64,000 nt of DNA from Candidatus Kaiserbacteria bacterium RIFCSPHIGHO2_01_FULL_53_29 (GTDB lineage: Bacteria > Patescibacteriota > Minisyncoccia > Phycocordibacterales > UBA2100). Positions 28,351 through 37,551 of the stretch are shown here, in pieces. How positions within the stretch are numbered: position 1 is the stretch's first letter; each line of letters opens with the position of its first letter. Under the pieces are notes generated by a model. It was not told where the DNA came from, did no database searches, and saw only the letters and a list, made by a program, of their open reading frames with translations. The DNA lies in assembly GCA_001781125.1 (NCBI GenBank), contig MFKT01000029.1:68040-132039 (forward strand), given 5' to 3'. A program made the translations under genes and the position numbers.

Positions 28351-30268
28351 ATTCTTTTTTCTCCGGTTGCGCATACTCCATAAGCCGCTGGTCGATGTCG
28401 TCCAAAAATTCCGACGGGAGTGTGTGTTCACGCGAACCGTATTTCATGCGCTCGCTCGCATACGAGAGAAAAAGTCGTTTGCGTGCGCGGGTGAGTGCGA
28501 CGTAGAAAAGTCGTCGCTCTTCCTCCGGGTCGCGCATCTCGTCGCTCTCATGCATTGAGGGGAAAAGTCCCTGCTCAAGACCGGTGATAAAGACGGCATC
28601 GAATTCCAAGCCTTTAGAGGCATGGACCGTCATGAGCGATATGGCTTCCATTTCCTCTCTTAATTCGTCTTGGTCGCTTTGTAGGGCTGCTTCTTCCAGC
28701 AGTTGTTCAATTCCCTCTGGTGGAGCGGCATAATCGAAACGAGTCGCGAAGTTTACGAGCTCGCGAATGTTTTCCAGCCGCTCATGCCCTTCCTCTTTAT
28801 CATTCTTGTACATTTTTTCCATCCCACTCGCCTCGAGTGCGTATCGCACCGCGTCGGAGGCGGGGAGTGTCTCGAGCGCCTTCCGGATATGGGTGAGAGT
28901 ATCCCGAAATCCCTGCACTTTTGCGCGCGCCGCGCGCGCAAGCACATGATCGGCATTCATCAACATTTTCTCGAGCGTCACTTTCCCTATCCCCCGGGAT
29001 GGCGTGCTCGCGGCCCGCGCAAGATCAATTCTACTTTTCGGATTCCACGCCGCGCGCAGATAGCTCAGGAGATCTTTGACCTCCTTGCGCTCGAAGAATC
29101 GTGTACCGATGACGCGATATGGCAGATTGAAATGCAGAAACGCTTCTTCAAGAGCGCGCGACTGGAAATTCTCTCGATACAACACTGCGACCTCGCTCGC
29201 CTTTCCGCCGGAGGCGGATCCGCCTCCGGCGGACATTCCTTTCTCTATAAGTTCTTGGCATTTTGTCGCAACAAACCACGCCTCGTCGATCTCATTTTGC
29301 GCTCCATAGAGTGAGAGCGGCTCACCAGTCGGGTTCTCGGTGAACAATACTTTTGGTTTGCGTCGCAGATTCTTTTCAATGATCGAATTTGCGGCTGCGA
29401 GAATGGTGCGCGTCGAGCGGTAGTTTTGCTCGAGCGTTACAACTTTTGTATTCGGAAACACCTCCTCGAACTCAAGTAAATTTTCAAGACGCGCCTGTCT
29501 CCATGTGTAGATCGCTTGGTCCAAGTCGCCAACGACGCACAAGTTGTTCTCCGGTGCGGCAAGCAGTCGCGCGATCTCGTACTGTGCCGCGTTGGTGTCC
29601 TGGTATTCATCAATAGTGATGTGGGTCCAGCGATTTTGCAAAAGATCGCGCACACCGGCATGCGCGCGCAAAAGTGTGAGCGTGCGCAAAAGAAGGTCGT
29701 CAAAATCCAGCGCTCCCTCGTCGTGCAGGGCTTTCTCGTAGTTTCTCCAGGCCTTTGCAATAATTCGCTCCCGAAAATTCCGTGCCCCGACTTCGAATTC
29801 CCCGGCGGAAAGGCCTTTGCCTTTCTCCCGCGAGATCACTGCAAGTGCCGCGCGTGGCGGAATCGATTCGACTTTGTCTGCCTCGAGCGAACGCCTGAGG
29901 GTCCGCATGCTGTCATCGCGATCCCAGATCGAGAAGCCCCGGGGAATTCCCGCTTCCAGGTGGAATTCGCGCAAGATCCTCACTCCGAGCGAGTGGAAGG
30001 TCGTAAGAAGAGGGATGTTTTTGCCTGCGGGGATAAGGGCTCGCACCCGCTCCCGCATCTCTCCGGCAGCTTTGTTGGTAAAGGTGACGGCAAGTATCCG
30101 GTGCGCGGGTACCCCGCTTTCTATAAGGTGGATGATACGGTGAGTGATGGTCTTGGTCTTCCCCGCTCCTGCGCCGGCGACGATGAGTAGGGGCCCATCA
30201 GTGTGCAACGCAGCCTCCCTCTGTCGTTCGTTGAGATCATCGAGGGATGACACCCCGTTAGAAGCCAT
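28328..30268 (-). CDS. pcrA: ATP-dependent DNA helicase PcrA/UvrD family
   Basis: Helicase motif I AGAGAGKTKTITHR, II VDEYQDTN, and later SF1A motifs. Contains an in-frame 30-bp palindrome encoding GGGSASGGK. Confidence 0.9.
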   Translation of the reverse strand: MASNGVSSLDDLNERQREAALHTDGPLLIVAGAGAGKTKTITHRIIHLIESGVPAHRILAVTFTNKAAGEMRERVRALIPAGKNIPLLTTFHSLGVRILREFHLEAGIPRGFSIWDRDDSMRTLRRSLEADKVESIPPRAALAVISREKGKGLSAGEFEVGARNFRERIIAKAWRNYEKALHDEGALDFDDLLLRTLTLLRAHAGVRDLLQNRWTHITIDEYQDTNAAQYEIARLLAAPENNLCVVGDLDQAIYTWRQARLENLLEFEEVFPNTKVVTLEQNYRSTRTILAAANSIIEKNLRRKPKVLFTENPTGEPLSLYGAQNEIDEAWFVATKCQELIEKGMSAGGGSASGGKASEVAVLYRENFQSRALEEAFLHFNLPYRVIGTRFFERKEVKDLLSYLRAAWNPKSRIDLARAASTPSRGIGKVTLEKMLMNADHVLARAARAKVQGFRDTLTHIRKALETLPASDAVRYALEASGMEKMYKNDKEEGHERLENIRELVNFATRFDYAAPPEGIEQLLEEAALQSDQDELREEMEAISLMTVHASKGLEFDAVFITGLEQGLFPSMHESDEMRDPEEERRLFYVALTRARKRLFLSYASERMKYGSREHTLPSEFLDDIDQRLMEYAQPEKKEYEEETIR

Positions 30269-30331
30269 ATGATTTTGAAAAAGTGATAAACATGCTGTTC
30301 CGAACCCTGATCCGGGAAGCTTCTAACGGGG
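30252..30331. repeat. ACCCCGTTAGAAGC / GCTTCTAACGGGG inverted-repeat element spanning the pcrA start codon and 5' UTR
   Basis: Perfect 13-14 bp terminal inverted repeats with a 53-nt spacer. Left arm encodes pcrA residues 2-5 (ASNG). Confidence 0.8.
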
Positions 30332-30725
30332 ACATCGGACGACTATAGCATGTACTTTCTTCTTCATATAGAAAACGGCTTAAAACAAGGCTACAATAAG
30401 TATCGTCGAGATTGACAATTAGGTTATCCACCGTCCCGCCCTATTATGAATTGACGATGAACCCCTAATGAGGGTAGAGTGAACGGACGGTGGCACTACC
30501 GTACGCTACTCTAGAGGCTGAATCTCCTAAAAAATGAGATTTAAAGCCAAATTTCTGTCCATTCCCTTGTGCCATCTTTAAAAGAGGCTTTATTGTCTAG
30601 CTGAAGATAGAGGATAGCAAAAGTAGGGGTTTTTTGCGTATTCACCAGCGATGACAGAAAGCCGATTAGATCGGCCTATATATAGAAAAAAGAGTGATTC
30701 TCTGCAGGACTCGCGTCCGCGCGGG

Positions 30726-31802
30726 ATGAAATATTCGTTCAGAACCGCACGCGCGGCCCGCTTCGCCGGTGCTACAGCGAGGCGAGCGACCACTCTTATT
30801 TCGTTGGTGCTCGTGCTTGGAGCCCTCATTCCCGCGACCGCGCGGGCTTCTGTTTTGGGTACTTTCATGTCTGCGATTCTGCACAAGCCTGAAAAACAGA
30901 ACAACGCATCCTTCGGAGGCAGCAACCTTCAGACGATGGCGCTCCCCAAACCCGCCATGAATGTCGACCCAAAGGCCGGCAAGGGCGGTGGGGACATAAA
31001 GATCGTTGACGATAGCGCTCTCCTGCCCGAGGAAGGACCTTCCGGGACACCCGCAGAGTACGACAAACCGAAAGATGCAACGATCAGCACCTACGTCGTT
31101 CGGGAGGGCGACACCTTGAGCGGCATCGCGAAGCTCTTCAATGTCACGCCGAGCACGATCCTCTGGGCCAACGATCTCTCAAGCGCCTCCAAACTGAAGG
31201 TCGGCCAGACGCTCACCGTCCTGCCAGTCACCGGTGTGAGGTACCAGATCAAGAAAGGAGATACACTCATCTCCGTCGCGAAACGTTTCGGTGCTGATGC
31301 GACCGAGATCGCGAATTACAATGGCATCGACGATGCGGCGCTCGCAGCGGGGGTGGACATTATTATCCCCGACGGCGAGATATCGGCACCGACGCCGGCA
31401 AAAACCCCGGGCAAGACCGTCACGGCCGCCGCGAAATATGGTACGGGGGCGCAGATTGGCTACTACATGGCGCCGCTCGCACGTTACGTGGAAACTCAAG
31501 GTATCCACGGGTACAACGGCGTTGATCTCGGGGCTCCTATCGGCACGTCCGTCATGGCGGCGGCCGATGGCACTGTCGTCACCGCGAAGTCAGGCGGATA
31601 CAACGGCGGCTATGGCAACTATGTGGTCGTCCAGCACGGCAACGGCTCGCAAACCCTCTATGCCCACATGTCGAAAGTCGCGACGTATGCCGGAGCAAGC
31701 GTCGTGCAAGGCCAGGTCATCGGCTCCGTAGGCTCCACGGGGAAGTCCACGGGCGCACATCTGCACTTCGAAATTCGTAACGGCATCCGCAATCCGTTCT
31801 AA
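30726..31802 (+). CDS. M23-family metallo-endopeptidase with two LysM domains
   Basis: Two LysM repeats (YVVREGDTLSGIAKLF..., YQIKKGDTLISVAKRF...). M23 catalytic region (HGYNGVDLGAPIGTSV ... GSTGKSTGAHLHFEI). Start at MKYSFRTARAARFAG. Confidence 0.85.
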   Translation: MKYSFRTARAARFAGATARRATTLISLVLVLGALIPATARASVLGTFMSAILHKPEKQNNASFGGSNLQTMALPKPAMNVDPKAGKGGGDIKIVDDSALLPEEGPSGTPAEYDKPKDATISTYVVREGDTLSGIAKLFNVTPSTILWANDLSSASKLKVGQTLTVLPVTGVRYQIKKGDTLISVAKRFGADATEIANYNGIDDAALAAGVDIIIPDGEISAPTPAKTPGKTVTAAAKYGTGAQIGYYMAPLARYVETQGIHGYNGVDLGAPIGTSVMAAADGTVVTAKSGGYNGGYGNYVVVQHGNGSQTLYAHMSKVATYAGASVVQGQVIGSVGSTGKSTGAHLHFEIRNGIRNPF

Positions 31803-31979
31803 ATGTATGATGGAAATAATCAGTAGTCTCGTCTTTTTGCTGCGCCATTTGAAATAGGCGAGCAACGTATTCATTCTTGGGCTAAAAAACGTTTTTTCAA
31901 GAATTCGGTAAATCGATCCATTTCCCTATCCGGCGGAAAGGTATCTATTCCCATACAGACAGCATACCGGAAACTTTTT

Positions 31980-32177
31980 CTACTTTCTGTGAGGAGCGGG
32001 AATACCGAGGTCTCGGCAAATCTTGTGTACGAGAGCGGGATCGTCGATGTTGGTATGTCGCGGGACCGTACTCGCTAGCGCGTTCTTGGGGTTGTACCAA
32101 ACACTATGCCGACCTCCCTCGCGCAGAGGAATGCATCCATGCTCACGCAAATGACGTTCGAGATCGCGACGCTTCAT
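31980..32177 (-). CDS. hicA: HicA-family mRNA interferase toxin
   Basis: 65 aa: MKRRDLERHLREHGCIPLREGGRHSVWYNPKNALASTVPRH, a typical HicA/YcfA fold signature. Confidence 0.75.
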   Translation of the reverse strand: MKRRDLERHLREHGCIPLREGGRHSVWYNPKNALASTVPRHTNIDDPALVHKICRDLGIPAPHRK

Positions 32178-32398
32178 GCATGAACGCGCTCTATAAAGGA
32201 GAGAGGTTCGCGTACGAGAGATGCTTTCGGATACTCGCGTTTGGTAAGCAGGCGGCGCGCGGCAAGGAATTCACGCAAAGCATCGTGAAGGTTTTCGGTG
32301 GTGGCATTCTTGGTTTTTCCTTGTGTGTTCACGCCCGGGATCTCCTCGATCCATGCCACATAGCCGGACTTAGTCTTTTTGTAAATCGCCGTATACAT
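32174..32398 (-). CDS. hicB: HicB-like antitoxin (start at internal Met; 4-bp overlap with hicA)
   Basis: MYTAIYKKTKSGYVAWIEEIPGVNTQGKTKNATTENLHDALREFL matches the HicB N-terminal RNase-H-like fold. The ORF-track N-terminal extension is hydrophobic junk and would overlap the purA promoter. Confidence 0.55.
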   Translation of the reverse strand: MYTAIYKKTKSGYVAWIEEIPGVNTQGKTKNATTENLHDALREFLAARRLLTKREYPKASLVREPLSFIERVHA

Positions 32399-32473
32399 GT
32401 CCCGCAGTATAGCAAATGAGAGCAAAAACAACGCATTGCACTGGACTCTGAAAACTGTTAGATTGAGGCAGTT

Positions 32474-33508
32474 GTGTTGAACTTGGATGTCATAGTCGAT
32501 CTCCAGTATGGAGATTGTGGAAAGGGCAAAGTTGCCCACTATTTAAGCCATAAAAACTCCTACACCCACGTGCTCCGCTACAACGGCGGCTGCAACGCCG
32601 GCCACACGATTTTTCATAAAGGGAAAAAATTTGTTACACACTCCGTGCCCGCCGGTGTGTTTTTTGGTGTGAAGTCTATCATCGGCTCCGGCTGTGTTGT
32701 GGACCCCGATCAATTTTTCCGCGAGATTGCAATGCTCGAAAAAGGCGGGGTCGCTACCCGCGGAAAGATCTTCATTGCGAATAACGCGCACATCGTTACC
32801 GATGCGCACAAAAATGAGGACAAACAAAAAGGCGGCAAGATAGGCACCACCGGCCGCGGCAACGGCCCCGCGTATCGCGATAAGTACGGCCGCACCGGCG
32901 TGCGCGCAGAGCAGGTAAGGAAGCTCAAACCGTACCTTATTGATCTCTACGATGAGTGGTATGGGAAATCCGCCCAAGGCGGATCGGCCTCGGGCCGAAA
33001 GAATATAAATATTCTTGCTGAAGGTGCGCAGGGCTTCGGGCTCGATATTGATTGGGGCGATTATCCGTTCGTCACATCGAGCCATTGCACTACAGCCGGC
33101 GCGCTCTTGAACGGACTTCCTGCAAGCGCCATTCGGAGTGTGTGGGGAGTCGCGAAGATCTACGAGACGTACGTGGGCAGCAAGAAATTCCAGCCGAAAG
33201 GCAAAGTATTCAACAAAATCGGAGATATCGGAGAGGAATTCGGCTCGACAACCGGCCGACGTCGCCAGACAAATTGGATGAATATGGCTTCGCTCGAGCG
33301 CGCTATCCGCATGAACGGTGTCACGCACATCGTTTTCAGCAAGACCGACGTCTTGCGCGACGTCGGCGCGTGGGCGGTTATAGATAAAAACAAAGTGGTT
33401 GCGTTTAAAAGTGAAAAAGCAATGCAAGATTTCGTACTCAAACGTCTCAAATCATTCGGCATTCCGAAAACAAAAGTGTATTTCTCCGACAGCAAAGAGA
33501 CGATCTAG
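32474..33508 (+). CDS. purA: Adenylosuccinate synthetase, compact form (344 aa) with an in-frame palindromic insertion
   Basis: P-loop QYGDCGKGK, GHTIFH, the TTGRGNGPAY IMP-binding motif, and TKTDVL. Contains the element cccaaggcggatcggcctcggg encoding QGGSASG. Confidence 0.85.
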   Translation: MLNLDVIVDLQYGDCGKGKVAHYLSHKNSYTHVLRYNGGCNAGHTIFHKGKKFVTHSVPAGVFFGVKSIIGSGCVVDPDQFFREIAMLEKGGVATRGKIFIANNAHIVTDAHKNEDKQKGGKIGTTGRGNGPAYRDKYGRTGVRAEQVRKLKPYLIDLYDEWYGKSAQGGSASGRKNINILAEGAQGFGLDIDWGDYPFVTSSHCTTAGALLNGLPASAIRSVWGVAKIYETYVGSKKFQPKGKVFNKIGDIGEEFGSTTGRRRQTNWMNMASLERAIRMNGVTHIVFSKTDVLRDVGAWAVIDKNKVVAFKSEKAMQDFVLKRLKSFGIPKTKVYFSDSKETI

Positions 33509-33768
33509 GTTCCAAAGAGTTCGTGGTGCGTGCCGATGTTGATAAAGCGCACAATCGAATCACTCACATGATAGAAGATGGCGCGATAATCGCCGGTGAC
33601 GCTGATACAGCGGCACCCGGCATATGGTTCGTGCAGGGCATGATTGTAAAGCAGAGGATGATACGGGTCTTGGATGAATAAATCACGACGCTTTTTGAAT
33701 TGTTCGCGAACTTTTTGCGACAGTTTGGCGTATTTCTTCTCGAATGTTCGGTCGTACCCGATTATCAT
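33505..33768 (-). CDS. RelE/YafQ-family type II toxin
   Basis: 87 aa. HALHEPYAGCRCISVTGDYRAIFY resembles the YafQ/RelE catalytic core. 4-bp overlap with the purA stop. Confidence 0.7.
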   Translation of the reverse strand: MIIGYDRTFEKKYAKLSQKVREQFKKRRDLFIQDPYHPLLYNHALHEPYAGCRCISVTGDYRAIFYHVSDSIVRFINIGTHHELFGT

Positions 33769-33774
33769 ATCGCT

Positions 33775-34056
33775 CTACAGAGAATCGAGATATCGATCCA
33801 TTTCTTTCGTATCTGCAAACAGCGGCGAGAGACGACCCTTTCGGTTGTTATGTATGTCCTTGAGCGACCGATCGAGTTCTTTTCGTGTTTTCGCGTTCGG
33901 GACAAGCGGCTCTCCGAATTCAATACGCTGGTCCTTGGCGAATTGCTTGAGCTGACGGTTCACCACCATCGAGAGCGGTACGCCGATCCTTTTTGCCACC
34001 CTCCGAGCATTATCGCGCACATCTTTGTCCACCTTGAAGCTCATTACTGTTTTCAT
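33775..34056 (-). CDS. DinJ/RelB-family antitoxin (ribbon-helix-helix)
   Basis: 93 aa. N-terminal MKTVMSFKVDKDVRDNARRVAKRIGVPLSMVVNRQLKQF is an RHH motif. Lies immediately upstream of the toxin. Confidence 0.65.
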   Translation of the reverse strand: MKTVMSFKVDKDVRDNARRVAKRIGVPLSMVVNRQLKQFAKDQRIEFGEPLVPNAKTRKELDRSLKDIHNNRKGRLSPLFADTKEMDRYLDSL

Positions 34057-34120
34057 AACCGAAGTATATACAACGGTAGTATTGTGTCAAGGCATATTTC
34101 TCCGACAGCAAGGGAACAAT

Positions 34121-34909
34121 CTAATTCGTATCGGGTTCAAATCGCATGCGGTCGAGATACGACCGGTATGGCAGCTCTTTTTTCTTGAGAATCTCATCGT
34201 TGATCGTATCTGCGGTAACGAAGGTAACCCACGGAAAGGTTTTCTGCAGATCGGGTACCAAATCTTCATAGATAGCGTTGACGTACACGGCTCGGAGATT
34301 TCTGAGACGTGAATCGCCAGTGCTGTACCCTTTTTGGCCGTCCAGGAGTTCATCGTAATTCGAGAGCAGAACGAACGGTTCGCTGGTATAAGGACTAACA
34401 TACAGTGCACCCTGCAGAGGTGCCCATTCGCTGTCGCATACGCCGCTGCCGAGAATATTCAATAGTATTTCCAATTCATAATCTTCTCTTGCAAAGTGTC
34501 GCGCTCGCAAGCCGCTCCCCATCACGTGTCGGCGCACGTCTTCGGAGAGCACCTTGGAACTTTCTCGAAGGATAATGTTTCCCTTCAAATTTGGATCTGA
34601 TAACGATTGCCCTTTATAAAAATATCCATCGTTTGCCGCACGAGTGAGTGTATGATCTCTGACCTCTGCTGCTCGTGTGCGCAGTTCCGTAAATTGTGGG
34701 TCGCTGTCTGATATTTTTTGCCACTCGTTCTTTCTCCATTCATTAAGTTCTTCTATTTGAGATGGGACCTCTATTTCGGCATCCGGCACTTCTGAAGTAC
34801 CACTAGATGCACCTGGCTCGATTCTTTCTCCAACTCCCGCCAGTATCTCGTCGACTGTGAGCCGTTTGCTTTTCCTATTAGGATCGAAGGAATCCGGTGT
34901 GCCCATCAT
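34121..34909 (-). CDS. Hypothetical protein translationally coupled to comM/yifB
   Basis: 262 aa, acidic, no recognisable family. ATGA overlap with the comM stop. Confidence 0.5.
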   Translation of the reverse strand: MMGTPDSFDPNRKSKRLTVDEILAGVGERIEPGASSGTSEVPDAEIEVPSQIEELNEWRKNEWQKISDSDPQFTELRTRAAEVRDHTLTRAANDGYFYKGQSLSDPNLKGNIILRESSKVLSEDVRRHVMGSGLRARHFAREDYELEILLNILGSGVCDSEWAPLQGALYVSPYTSEPFVLLSNYDELLDGQKGYSTGDSRLRNLRAVYVNAIYEDLVPDLQKTFPWVTFVTADTINDEILKKKELPYRSYLDRMRFEPDTN

Positions 34910-36489
34910 ATTTCTCTGGCGCGATATTGCAGGGCTTCCAGCATGTGACCGGGCTCGATCGTGTCGTTGCTCGCGAGGTCGGCTATCGTGCGGGCGAGTT
35001 TGATGGTGCGGTGGTAGCCGCGCGGGGAGAGTTTCATCGAGCGCGCGGCGCCTTGCAAGGTCTCCTCCGCTTTTGACGCGAGGTTGGCGAAGGATTCGAT
35101 CTCTTTTGGTCCCATATCGGCGTTCGTCGAGATGCCTTTTGCATTTTTGAACCGCTCGCGCTGTCGCGCGCGGGCTCTTGCCACGTGCTCCCGTGCACGC
35201 TCCGTCTCTCCCGCCGCTCGCTTTGCTTTTGTCGAGAGTGTCTCAAACGGAATGTGGCCCACCGAGACCCACATGTCGATGCGGTCGGCGACGGGGCCCG
35301 ATATTTTCCGGCGATATTTTTCCACGAGGTGCGGCATGCACTGACAGCGCGAGGTGCCAAGAAATCCGCAGGGGCACGGATTGAGTGCCGCGATGAGCAT
35401 AAAATTTGCGGGAAATACTGCCGAGCCTTTGGCGCGTGCGATCGAGATCACGCGATCCTCGAGGGGCTCGCGCAATGCATTGATGACGTCACGGTGAAAT
35501 TCGGGGAATTCATCGGTGAAAAGCACGCCACGATGCGCGAGCGTTGCTTCGCCGGGGCGGATACCAGACGAGCCGCCCCCGATAAGCGCAGCATAGGAAG
35601 ATGTGTGATGCGGAGCGCGAAATGGTGGCCGGTGGATGGCGCTGCCGCTCAAGGCGCCCGAGAGCGAATGGATCGTGGTGACCTCGATCATTTCGTCTTC
35701 TGAAAGGTCGGGCAGTATCGAAGCGGCCGCGCGTGCGAGCAGCGTCTTCCCTGTTCCCGGCGGGCCATACAGTGCGAGATTATGTGCACCCGCAGCTGCG
35801 ATGACAAGTCCGCGTTTTGCACTCTCCTGCCCGCGTATTTCATCGAGCGCAGCAATGTCGTCGTCGCGCTCGTATGCGCGGCGCATTGCCGGATCAAAAG
35901 TCTTTGTTTTTAAATCATCCTGTAATTGCGTGATCGTATCTTCAAGTGAAGTGACGGGATGGATAGAAATGCCGGAGATGAGCGAGGCTTCTTCAGCATT
36001 TTCCGCCGGCACATAGAGCTCGGTAAATCCATTGGCACGCGCGGCGGTCGCTATCGAGAGCACACCGAGAATTTTGCGCAGCGTGCCGTCGAGCGCCAAT
36101 TCCCCGGCGAACAGTTTTCCTTTCGGATCGAATTTGACCTGCCGCGATGCGAGCAGGAATGCGAGCGCAAGCGGCAGATCAAATGCGGCGCCCTCTTTCT
36201 TCAATTCTGCAGGCGCGAGCGAGAGGACGATCTTTTTATTGCTGCGTTTCGGTGATTCATACCCACCGTCTTCTCTGCTCGTCGGTATAGGCGGCTCGGT
36301 ATTTTTTATCGCCGCCGCGATGCGGTCCTTGGCTTCCTCCACTGATTTATCCGGCAGCCCCACGATGGTAAAGGCATGCAAGCCTTTCACGATGTCGCAC
36401 TCGACGGACACGACGGCTGCGGTGGGCAGCATCGGCTGTGCGCCGAACACCCGCGCAAATCCGGAAGCGATCTTTTGCTTTTCCGCCAT
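34906..36489 (-). CDS. comM: YifB/ComM-family Mg-chelatase-like AAA+ ATPase
   Basis: Lon-like N-terminal domain. Walker A LYGPPGTGKT, Walker B VLFTDEFPEF, and the C-terminal ChlI-type domain. Confidence 0.85.
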   Translation of the reverse strand: MAEKQKIASGFARVFGAQPMLPTAAVVSVECDIVKGLHAFTIVGLPDKSVEEAKDRIAAAIKNTEPPIPTSREDGGYESPKRSNKKIVLSLAPAELKKEGAAFDLPLALAFLLASRQVKFDPKGKLFAGELALDGTLRKILGVLSIATAARANGFTELYVPAENAEEASLISGISIHPVTSLEDTITQLQDDLKTKTFDPAMRRAYERDDDIAALDEIRGQESAKRGLVIAAAGAHNLALYGPPGTGKTLLARAAASILPDLSEDEMIEVTTIHSLSGALSGSAIHRPPFRAPHHTSSYAALIGGGSSGIRPGEATLAHRGVLFTDEFPEFHRDVINALREPLEDRVISIARAKGSAVFPANFMLIAALNPCPCGFLGTSRCQCMPHLVEKYRRKISGPVADRIDMWVSVGHIPFETLSTKAKRAAGETERAREHVARARARQRERFKNAKGISTNADMGPKEIESFANLASKAEETLQGAARSMKLSPRGYHRTIKLARTIADLASNDTIEPGHMLEALQYRAREI

Positions 36490-36494
36490 CGGGG

Positions 36495-36700
36495 CATTGT
36501 ACCGTGTTTACAGACGGGTATTCAAAATGAATACCCAGGAGGAAGTTCCTGGGCGGAGGGGAGAAAATATTTAGAAAATATTTTCAATAAATTATTTGAG
36601 CAATGCGGATCGGGATCCGCGACGTGACAACATCAGTTGTCATGTTTGTTTTGGATCACTTCCGATCCAAATCTAAAGCCAGTGTGCAATAGTTTATTGA
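36495..36700. promoter_or_regulatory. Array of five perfect hairpin/palindrome sites in the comM-trmB divergent intergenic region
   Basis: gggtattcaaaatgaataccc; gaaaatatttagaaaatattttc; gcggatcgggatccgc; gacaacatcagttgtc; ttggatcacttccgatccaa. Confidence 0.6.
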
Positions 36701-36780
36701 AATTCGTCTATAATTAGTGTATGATTGTAGGTGGATAACTATTATGTGGCTCTAAACAAGGATATTATATTAGTAGATAG

Positions 36781-37548
36781 TTGTCGGAAAATATGTACGA
36801 AAAGGCACTAATTGCGGCAGGACTTGATGAGAAGCAAGCTCTTGTGTATATCGCCTGTTTAGAGCTCGGGCCCTCAAAGGTTCCCGCGATCGCCCGAGAA
36901 GCTGAAATAAAAAGAACCACCGCGTACGGGATAGTTGACGAGCTCGTATCGATAGGGCTGATTTCCACAAGTTACAAAGGCAAGACAAAGCTCTACAGCG
37001 CGGCAGATCCAGAGGCGATCATGACATTGCTCGAAGAGCGGAAAAAGAAAGTGACCGACGTCATGCCTGAGTTGTCCGAATTGTTCATTACGCGCCACGT
37101 GCGTCCGAAAATAACTTTTTTCGAAGGACGCGAAGGGTTGAGGAAGATCTATGCTGATGTCCTCGAGTGCAAGTCCAAAGAGATCAAGCAGATAGCGCGC
37201 GTGCGGCAGCACAATGAGGCTATCGGTGACGCGTTTATCAAAGATTTCATTAAAAAGAGGATCGCGCGCGGCATCGTCACCCGCGTTCTGCATCCGAAGG
37301 CGGGAGATCTCTATACAAGTGAGCGGGGAATGGAAGATCCGAAGCTGAAGCGATACGTGCGCTACCTTCCCCCAAATGTTTTTTACGCGGCCATGATCAT
37401 GATCTACGATCACAAGGTCGCGATGGTATCTACAAAGGAAGAGAACTTCGGGTTTATCATCGAGAGCAAGCAATTCTCAAACACACTGAACGCCTACTTC
37501 GATTTTATGTGGGGGCTCGGCTCAAAAGAGCCGGACCTCAATACGTAA
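36781..37548 (+). CDS. TrmB-family transcriptional regulator
   Basis: N-terminal wHTH (LIAAGLDEKQALVYIACLELGPSKVPAIAREAEIKRTTAYGIVDELVSIGLI), typical of TrmB, plus a C-terminal sensor-like domain. Confidence 0.7.
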   Translation: MSENMYEKALIAAGLDEKQALVYIACLELGPSKVPAIAREAEIKRTTAYGIVDELVSIGLISTSYKGKTKLYSAADPEAIMTLLEERKKKVTDVMPELSELFITRHVRPKITFFEGREGLRKIYADVLECKSKEIKQIARVRQHNEAIGDAFIKDFIKKRIARGIVTRVLHPKAGDLYTSERGMEDPKLKRYVRYLPPNVFYAAMIMIYDHKVAMVSTKEENFGFIIESKQFSNTLNAYFDFMWGLGSKEPDLNT

Positions 37549-37551
37549 GTG

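Noticed and set aside
32174-32539. Full 121-aa ORF-track version of the hicB candidate
   Set aside because: The N-terminal 47 residues are hydrophobic and low-complexity and would overlap the purA promoter and start. The internal Met gives a compact HicB-like protein with ATGA coupling to hicA.
35185-36574. Plus-strand ORFs (35185..35703, 35636..36016, 36032..36574) across comM
   Set aside because: Antisense to the ComM/YifB gene, which has clear Walker motifs.
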